Origin: Amoebophrya sp. A120
Lineage: Eukaryota > Protista > Dinoflagellata
Assembly: GCA_905178155.1 (NCBI GenBank)
Contig: CAJINV010000005.1
Coordinates: 4,443,556 to 4,507,555 of the forward strand
Length of the DNA stretch: 64,000 nucleotides
Reading direction: 5' to 3'
Numbering within the stretch: position 1 is the first letter of the stretch; each line of letters opens with the position of its first letter. This document shows positions 39,601 through 48,600 of this stretch, piece after piece. Below the pieces are notes generated by a model that saw only the letters and a list, made by a program, of their open reading frames with translations, was not told the origin of the DNA and did no database searches. Both the position numbers and the translations under genes were made by a program.

Positions 39601-42600
39601 AATTGCGACACGAGTTCCAGCACTGGCCAAGGTGGGGACACCCAAGACGGTTCTGGAACAGGTTGGTCCAGATCTTAGGTGACGACGCGGACAATTTTGA
39701 CATCCTCGGTAACCACCTGATCGACCTGCGATTGAATTCTGACCCCCGCCCTCCGTCTCCGGCGTTCTGCTGGCGCAAACGACACAACGACGTGGATGGA
39801 TATGCTGAAGCAACACCAGGCGGCGTCAGCACCGCATCGCCCATCACCGGCAGTAGCCCAGTATTTGGAACGCAAACAGCAACAGGAGGAACTGCTTCTC
39901 CAGCGGCAAGAAACTGATCGGAAACAATTACAAATGGAGAAGGATATAGCGAGTAGACCTTTCTACCGCCCGGCTCCGTTCGATCAGTCGCGGGTCAAGC
40001 GACCGCGATCCTTTTCTTCCGCCAGTGGGAGCATGCTCTCGCAGCCAGTAGAGGACTCAGATTTTGACGAATCGCAGTTGGGGTCACCGGTGATGCGCCA
40101 GGATGTCGCCCAAGCCTGGTCCTCAATTACTTCGTCGCTATTGGACTCAAGCAAGCCTTTTTGGGAAGCTGAGCCATTGACAAACGGCGAGGAGACGCGA
40201 GACATGTTGAAGCAAAAGTATAAAAAGCCGCCGAAGAAAAAAGCTAAACTCGAAACAGCTGATGAATCGGAGGAGGAAGAGGAACGCGCATTGCACGAGG
40301 TGGCAACTAAGCGCGGTCGACTGCGAAACAAATTCGCACCAAAACAACAAGCATCCTCTTCTTCTTCGTCGTCATCTTCAGCGGGGCCGAGTATGTTTGG
40401 GCCGGCACTAAAATCCAGCTTCACTGGACCGGACTCGATGATAATAGCTTTCTTCAACGCGAAGAAGGAGGTGATCGAAAGACGCAGCCATGTGGTGATC
40501 TCGCACGGCGAAGACTACGGCAAGCCGGCCTACCTTTATTTTAAAGGAGAGAAGGACGCAGTCTTATCCGCGGAAGAGAAGCAGCAGTTGCAAGTAGTTC
40601 CGGATTCCGTGGCGAAGCAGTATTTCAAACACCAAAATCCATACTCTTGGAAATTGGTGGACAATTCGCCCAAGCGCAAGCCACTGCCAAGCTCGGAGTC
40701 ACCGCCAAAACTACGATTGCAGCCAGCTATGCCCAGCACGATCAAAGATAAACTTTCGGACGTCAAGACTTCCAATTTTTTCGCGAAGTTACCAGTCGTA
40801 CCGGAGCAACGCCGTGTAGTAAAACCGGGAGCAGCAACCGGTGTCGACACGGACAGGCTGAAACAGCATAACTTGTTCAAGCACGTGTGCGGGCACATGG
40901 AGAAAGACGAGGACGAAGAGCAGCTGGATCTCAGCATCCGCATCCCTGACCCGGAGGAAACTTACGACGAGAAAACAGCTTTGGAGAAAATGGTGGAGAT
41001 TGTGAACGAAGACAAACCACATCTCCAGGACCCTCCTCTGCGCCCTCTGTTAACTCCGGCGATGGCTCTGCTCTCGGAGGATGACTTCGTCAACATGTTG
41101 TACATTCCGAACGAGGACACACACCACTCGAAGAAAACGGGCGACAAGTACCGCGTGCAACTGAAAACGAGATATGTTCGGTTGCTGATTGCTGTAGGTT
41201 TATCACCGCAGCCGTCAGACCGTAGTTCCTACAGCATGAGGCTTTGCGCGACGTATTTTACAAATTCAAAATTACGGGCGGCAGCGCAATCCAGGACCAC
41301 GAACTACTCGCATATAAAAATGCTCTTATGCCGGCATAAACAGTTCAGCTACGAGATGGCGATGGAGTATTCGGGTCATTTTAAAATGCTTTCGCGGACG
41401 CAGCAACCCCCCGCCCAGAAAACGGGCATCCGTTTATCCCATCTGCTGCTGATCGCTCAAGCGGTGCAACGATTCGGTATTCCGTTCATCGGCTCGACAA
41501 AGTTTTCAGGCGGAGTACGACCCGTGCGGTTTCTCCGCTTGATGATCAGTCTTTGGTTTTCATTTTTACGTCTCGATGACCTGGCGTCAACGCGTCGTCT
41601 TTCGAACGGCGAGTGCACCGAGTTCGCAACTTTTAGTAGTAAAACAAACAGTCGAGGCCTTCGACGCGAAGGATTTATTCTGGGGCGTTCGTGTAGTTAC
41701 GCACCCCGCTCCACCCCGATCGGGGAAGATGAGGAAGGAAAATTGGAGGTGAAGTTCTGCCCTACATGCTGTATATCCACAGCGGAATGGGTCAGGTTTC
41801 GCCGATGGCCAAAACCACGACTGCGGGCGGCGCTCAAGGAAATCCTTCAGACGACCGATACTTGGAGTGAACTAGAAAGCTCGGACTTTGTTTCCGAATT
41901 GGACGGCCTCGCCAGCGATTCTTACGGGGGTCATTCTCTCAGAATCGGAGGGATACAAAGTGCGTCAGAGGGTGGAATGGAGATCCGCGATTTGCGGCGG
42001 ATGTGCAGACACGAAAGTGTTGAAACAGCGGACGCCTACATCAACATGAGTAGGAACTATCCGGACTCGGTTAGCATTTGGTGGCCGAGATTGGTCCCGC
42101 AACACTTTGGTCCAACATCTGCATCCGCGGCGATCAGGCTGGCATCCTCCTCGCAGTTTGTAGCCAAGAATTGGCGTTACAAAAAGTCAACACTTCCGAA
42201 TGACCGACGACGACCACCTCGCGCACTTTCAGACGCCTTTTTCGAGTTCCGAGACCCGGAAAATGCATTAGGAGATGAGCCAGAACTCTTCTACTTCGAA
42301 CAGCCGGCGCAACCGGATTTGTGGTGATGCGCTTTGATGAAGATTGATAGAGCCTATGACGTATTTTTGCGCGCATTTTAAAGCTCTGGCCAACTTCTAG
42401 CTCACATTGCAAATTCAGAAATGAAGCATCGCACATCGTAGCTTTCTTCTTTATTTTTTCTTTTTGAAAAAATCAACGCTCATTCAAAAATCAAAAGATT
42501 TTCTCAATGAAAAAATGTACAAAAAAGGAAAGTAAATGGCCTTTCAATCGAACAACAAAAGAACTTCGGCGAGAGACAAAAAATTTTTGTTCGGATCGTA

Positions 42601-45600
42601 CACAAATGAGGCTCTTCGTTCATAGAAAGAAAACAAACCCCCGTGCTGTTGTGTGACCAACGTTTGGTGTCTGCGGTTGCTTTGCAACGTCTGCGTCCTC
42701 GCCAAACTGACCACAGGGCCCACCTTTTTGTTTTCCTAGCTTTTGGCCTTCTATTTAGAGGCAGAAGATACACAAGATCGCATTGGTACACCTGATCATT
42801 CCCTTTTAATTTCGACACAAACAAGAAAAAAATGGCATTGGCACCCGGAGCTCTCGGTCCTGCTGCTCCTGGAGCAGCGGCCATCGACGCCTTGATGGCC
42901 CAACAGCAAGTCAACGCGGAATTGGGTGTCGGAGTCCTAGACGGACCGCAGGCGGCTCTGCTCGCCGCGGAAGCCGAAATTTGTGTCAAGAAAATCAACG
43001 GTCGGGCTTTCCGCTATTTTACGGAATTACTCGCGAGCGAACGACTGCTGGACGGCCTCGGCCCGCTGTGCCCGTCCACTTGTTTGTGCGACATGTCGGA
43101 AATCTTAACGGTGCGCCGCGCGATTGGGATTTTCCAGAACAACGAACAGTACCTGCAGGCGTTGAACATCGTCAGCGCGGCGTTGATCCCGGAAATGCCG
43201 GGCTTTCGCGGTAACAAGCGCACTTCGTCGGAGAACCAGGCGCAGTTGACCCCGAAACAGGTCTCGGAAGTGTTTTTCCGCGAAATGCGCAATGCCTTGA
43301 CCTTGACCAACCTGCCGACTGTCGACGCCAACCCGCCGGAGACCCGCTACCAGCGCGCCTGCACGCTCTCGGTCACGACTACGTGGCGGATCCAGTTCAT
43401 CACCGGGATCCAGTTGGAAAAGCGCCTGCAAGGTATTGACGATGATGCCGATCCTATCAAGAAGAAAAAAGGAGACCGTGGCGCTACTACTACGGGGGGT
43501 GCTGGCCGTATTTGCATTCCGTTCTTGCGCGGCAAGTGTAAGAAAAGTGCTTCGCAGTGCCCTCGTTTGCATTCCGCTCCCGAAAAGCGCATCCGTGCTG
43601 TCAATCGAATTTTTGCCATCAAGATTACGGATGAGCAGATCAAGAAGTTTTCCAACGGGAAGTAACCGGCTAGCAATTTGTATTGCAGCAGGTTAGGGGC
43701 TAGCAATTTGCATTGCAGCAATTCCCGGCAGTAGTGCGCTTTTCCTTTTACGCTAGATTCAGCCTCGTTTTAGTAACTTTTATTACAAAACTTGTCGTGG
43801 AAAAAATGTCTCCTTAGCATCTCGGGCAAACTCTGGCTTTTCTTCAAACGTGCTTCGAATGATGATTGTTGTGAGCAAGGAATAACATCCATCGTACAAC
43901 TCTCAGCTCCGCTCGTTCCGCTGAATAGCCGCGCGTTTCGCCGCCGCTAAAACATCTTCGTGCAAATGTTTCGGTCCGAGAGCAACGGGAGTCGGTCTCC
44001 GCATCTCTCCGATTTGCATCCGAGCTCGTCTTCGCCTCGCGGTCGTCGACCGGAAAAAACAGGAAAATAATGGAAATGGGTCTTGGATAATACGGCAGCT
44101 CCTGCATTGCTTTATCCCAATTTAATAGCCAAATCTAACATTTTTCCCACTTTGCCTTTCCTTTTACTTCGTTATCTTCCAGCCACGATACTGACTTTTA
44201 TCCTATACTATCCTCTTAAAAAACCTGACGAGGTAAAAAATAAATTTACAAATTGTTTTCTCCAATATGTCGTCGTCACAGAATCAGAAAAATGATGCTG
44301 CAAGCAGCTCTAGCCATCAAGGTACACCTGCAGGCCGCAGGGGGACGTCCGCGGAGCGCAGGAGTCCACGCAGAGACTTTTTCGGAAATCTGAAAAGTCG
44401 TCATGCTACTCCACCGCGCCGCAGTTCTCCGTCGCAGTCAGTCTTAAGTACTTCCCGATCAAGTCGGGATTCTCCGGGTTCGTCGAGTCCGTTTTCACCG
44501 ACGAACCGGGCAAAAAGTGTTTCGAAGTTAGGTGCTTTTGCATCAGCGAAAAGAAGCACGACACCGGAGAAAACAGCTACTCCTCGCTCCCTGACGCCGC
44601 CACCGTCGAAGCGCCAGAAAGCGGAGTCTACCGATCTGAAACCGTTAAAAGTTTCAAAACTAGACCGGTATAAATCCCCAAGTACAAGGGGGATTTTGAG
44701 AACAAGCACTACTACAGCGCCGGAGTGGCCACGCAGTGCCGCGGCATCCACACCACCAAGGTCAGCCTCACCTCGAAGAAGTAAGGTTTCTTTTGCGGCA
44801 GCCCCACCTGACATCCATTCGGTTCCAGTGGAGGGAAACCTTCACCCTTTGCCGAGGTTGAAAACCGAGAGCACTTCGTCTTCGGAAGCACAGGCAATGC
44901 CGCAAATTCCGCCGTTGTCTTTCTCTTCGGGCTCATCGGCCACACCAAGCGTCGACCAATTTGAACTGCCACCCGCAAGGAAGCATTCTCCTATCCGACC
45001 GACAACTACACCTAAAAGTAATGCGGAGTATCGTGGTATCTCGTCTCCACGGGCGAAGTCACAGGCGGAGCTCACCGCCAAAGACTTCCGCCAGCGAATT
45101 TCTGTTGATAAAAGTCGGCAGTTCGGCATCGGAATGGAGCATGACATCTATGGCCAAGCAGCTGCGGATGTCCAGAAGGAGTGCACAGTCGAGGAATTGA
45201 AAGAGAAGAACCGCATTAAAACGCGGGAAGTGCTCAATTTTCACCACGCGTTGCAAGCTCCGGAAGCCATGGTCCACAAGGACATCAGGCCGCACCTGCA
45301 GAAACACTATGAAAAGAAAAATTTCTTGTTCATGAGTAAAACGCTGAGCGCAGCAATCGATAATTGCGGGGCGGTACGCAGCGACCGCGTCAACGAAATC
45401 TTGAAGAATATCGATCACCTTCGCAACGGTTTTTTAGCCGGCGATGGGTACACTCCGCCTTGCGGATTTTGGTCCAAGCTGGATGACGATGAGGTGCAAG
45501 AGCAGCTGCTTGAGGCTTTGTCCACGCCAATCAAACACTATCCTGATCCTCCACGCACCCATTGGGCGGGAGAAAAGGAAGTTCGGGCGATGTGGGAGGA

Positions 45601-48600
45601 CGCCTTGGTTTTTGAGCAGAAAGGCCTGTATACGTTCCGCGACCACAAGGACCTGCAGAAGCGAAAGGTGGATTACACCGCGGCAAAATGCTTCCCCGTC
45701 TACAAATCCAAAGACGCGCAGGGTCGGCCGGCCGATCCCAGTGAGAGGCCACGACCCTGCATAGATCTGAGGAAAAAGAATTGTAGACAGTTGGCCCAAG
45801 AGAAGATGAGGCTGATCGGAGCAAGAAGCTCCGTTCAACTGGTGGAAAGGTGTTTATCAACTTGTGTTGAAAACCCATCCCATTTTCAGTGGAAGGTTGA
45901 CATCAAAGAAGACATCGCGACGGAACAAGAGATCAAGCAAAGTTTTGACATCCATCGCAAAGTCCTGCGAGAGTCTTTTCGCCGAAAAACCACGGAACGC
46001 ATTAAGCCGGGCTACTCCTTCTGTCCCAAACAATTTGCCAAGGATCTCAAAAAATTTTATAACCAGTGCGGTATTGATTCTGAGATGCGCAAGTCATTGT
46101 TTGTGGATGCCGGTTCCGGAGACGCTTACCAAGGAGGAGATCGCGTCCTCGCCGGCTGCGGCAGCAATCCAAAAAATGCGGGACAACCGGGCGAAACAAC
46201 GACAAAAGTCGTCATCTTCTTCATCCAAAGCGTCTCCTCCTGCTCCCAGAAACTCACCGCGAGGCAGCGACGACGAGGAAGTCGAGAGGGGCTTTGTCCT
46301 CTTTTCAGCAATTTGTGCTTTGTTCGGAAGCCTCGCCAGCGTCCACCAATGCGTCTCGCTTAGCGAGATCATGCAGCTCGTTTTTACGGGTTATCTCCAA
46401 GTCTGTGCTACCGTCTTCATAGACGATATACATGGAAACTCGAGAGGAGAATTGGTGGAGCAAGATAGTCAGCTGATCGACCTCTGGTTAGATCTGAGCG
46501 GATGGGAACAATCGGAGCACAAGAAAGAAAGCCACCAATTCCAGAAGCTGCTTGTTGCGCTCGGAGTTGGCTACGAGCTTGATTTCAAGGCGCAAACAAT
46601 TTTTATTGTGGTGCCAGAGCAGAAAGTCGCTAAACTTCTCGGGCTGCGTGACAGGTTCGTTCAAGAAGAGCAAGACAATGCCATACAACTTCGCACCCTG
46701 CAAAGTTTTACTGGCTTGCTCCGCCACATAATTCAACTTTCGCCACATTTGGCGTATTTAGCACGTGGCTTCAATACCTGGGCCAGTGAGTTGGATTTTG
46801 CGCGCCAAATCAAGCACAAGCGCAACAAGAGGCAATTGAAGAAGCTTGTCGTCACTGCAGCTGCAATTGGAAGTAGTGTCCGACCAATTCCGTTGAACAA
46901 GCAAACAGTGGGCCGCCAACTTTGCCATTTGTACATCGACGCGAGTGGTAGTAATCTGGATCAAGCGGCAAAGCGACTGTGGGGTGGCCAGTTCGACAAA
47001 CTTGACGAATTTGACATGCGGGCTGGAGGTGTGCTTTTTGCACACGACAACACAGTTACCGCTTGGCACTGCAAGCTCACGGAAATTCCTAAAGATCTTT
47101 TGAAAGATCTTGTCATGGCGGGGGATCGAGGCAGTTTCAACATAGCTGTCCTCGAGGTCTTCGCAGCCAGGTGTTCATTAGAAATTTTCCGCAAGCAAAT
47201 TGCGGGAAAAAGAACAATAGTTCACTGCGACAATGTGGCAGGAGTTTTTTGTTTGGGTCGCAACAATTCAAAAAGCTGGTTGATCCAACGTATCTCAACC
47301 AGTTTCCATCTGCTTGCGAGACAGATGGATGTTTCTTTTTACTGGTGCTGGTTAGCATCTGCTCAAAATGTGGCAGACGTTTTAACCAGAAAATCAAGGA
47401 TGCCGATTTTGTTAGAAGCTTTTCCGAATGCTGTGCAGGTGGAAGCCAGCTCCGACCAGCTGCAATCACGCCACTTGTGGGGCATCCCGAAAGTTTTAGG
47501 AGACCTTTTTAATGTAGAAGAACCTATTAAGGTGACTCTTCCAGCGTTGTAATTATGCAGAAGAGTCACAAATGGCTGTATGTTTTGTTTTCCTGTTTTG
47601 TAAATTTTTTTTTACTTAGTCAGGTTTTTTCTTTCACTACATACGGCGTTATAGCGTACAAAGCCACGGCTTTAAGCTCGAGCAGACCAGATCTGCTTCA
47701 ACCACACATGGCGACGCGCTCTTGCGCGCACCCGATGGATCACTTACACTTTTTTTAGGAGTTTGTAATGCTTTTTCGAAAGAGATTTCAAGCACTACCC
47801 ACTCCCCGCGTTGTTGATTTGGCAAAGCCAAAACGAGCTGTGCGCAACATTTCTTAGTCCATGTAAACATGGTTCTCTACATGAATGGATCCACGAAGCA
47901 GCGAAGAGAGAATGCAGCAGTGCAGGCGTGTTTGATGGTTCGTGTTCCTGAGGAGATCAACTCTGAAGAAAGTGTTTATATTTGGAATATAGCTTTGCTG
48001 ACCACGCGGACGCGGCCACAAAATTAGGGCTGCGACGCTCGTAGTACTAGAGTGCGAAGTTGATCTTTATTTTTTTCGATCTCAGGACGATGTACATCTA
48101 CATCTACATGCGAAAATAAGCATCTGGCAATTACTTGATAAGGAAGCACATAGTACGTATAGAGCCTTACTGGTGCAAATCACTTGAGGTACATGAAACT
48201 GGGCTTACTCTCCGTTGTGTCCGTGGTTTTGGGAGTGTTTGCGTCGCTGTACAGCTATCACCATTACTTCAACAACTACTGGTCCTACAAAGAAAATAGC
48301 GAATACATAAACGTCCTACCCTCGGAGCCGGCCTCTGCCCATTCCGACGCGGGAAAGATACTCTTCACGCTGGATTCTACGCATTGCAAATATGTGTGGG
48401 TCTCGAACACTGCAACGTGTCACACTCAGTCTGGATCGCACAAAAATCTGCGTTGCATAAGCTCCTAAAGAAATTTCGCACTTATTGCAATGCAGAGGGC
48501 GAAGTTGTCATGTGTTATAGGCATTAAGGATTGGAAGTTGTCATGTGTTATATTTGGATTTTACATTGCAATATAGGCATTAAGCCGCTTGCGCAAAATC

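Larger units (their letters stand above)
37310..47992 (+). mobile_element. Tyrosine-recombinase (DIRS-order, Ngaro/PAT/VIPER-like) retrotransposon with split direct repeats B1-A1B2-ORFs-A2
   Basis: YR, RT and RNase H motifs; B1 37310-37408 = B2 38203-38300; A1 37869-38207 = A2 47650-47992; TATAG at both ends and at the internal A-B junction. Confidence 0.92.

Noticed and set aside
43668-43720. 23-bp direct repeat after the Gag-like ORF
   Set aside because: Local duplication with no further support for a function
46046-46060. -1 ribosomal frameshift site for RT
   Set aside because: The required shift is +1 and must follow motif A; the heptamer is in the wrong frame
37869-47992. Ordinary LTR retrotransposon with A1/A2 as LTRs
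   Set aside because: No TG...CA ends, DDE integrase or protease; a YR and the extra B repeats indicate split direct repeats
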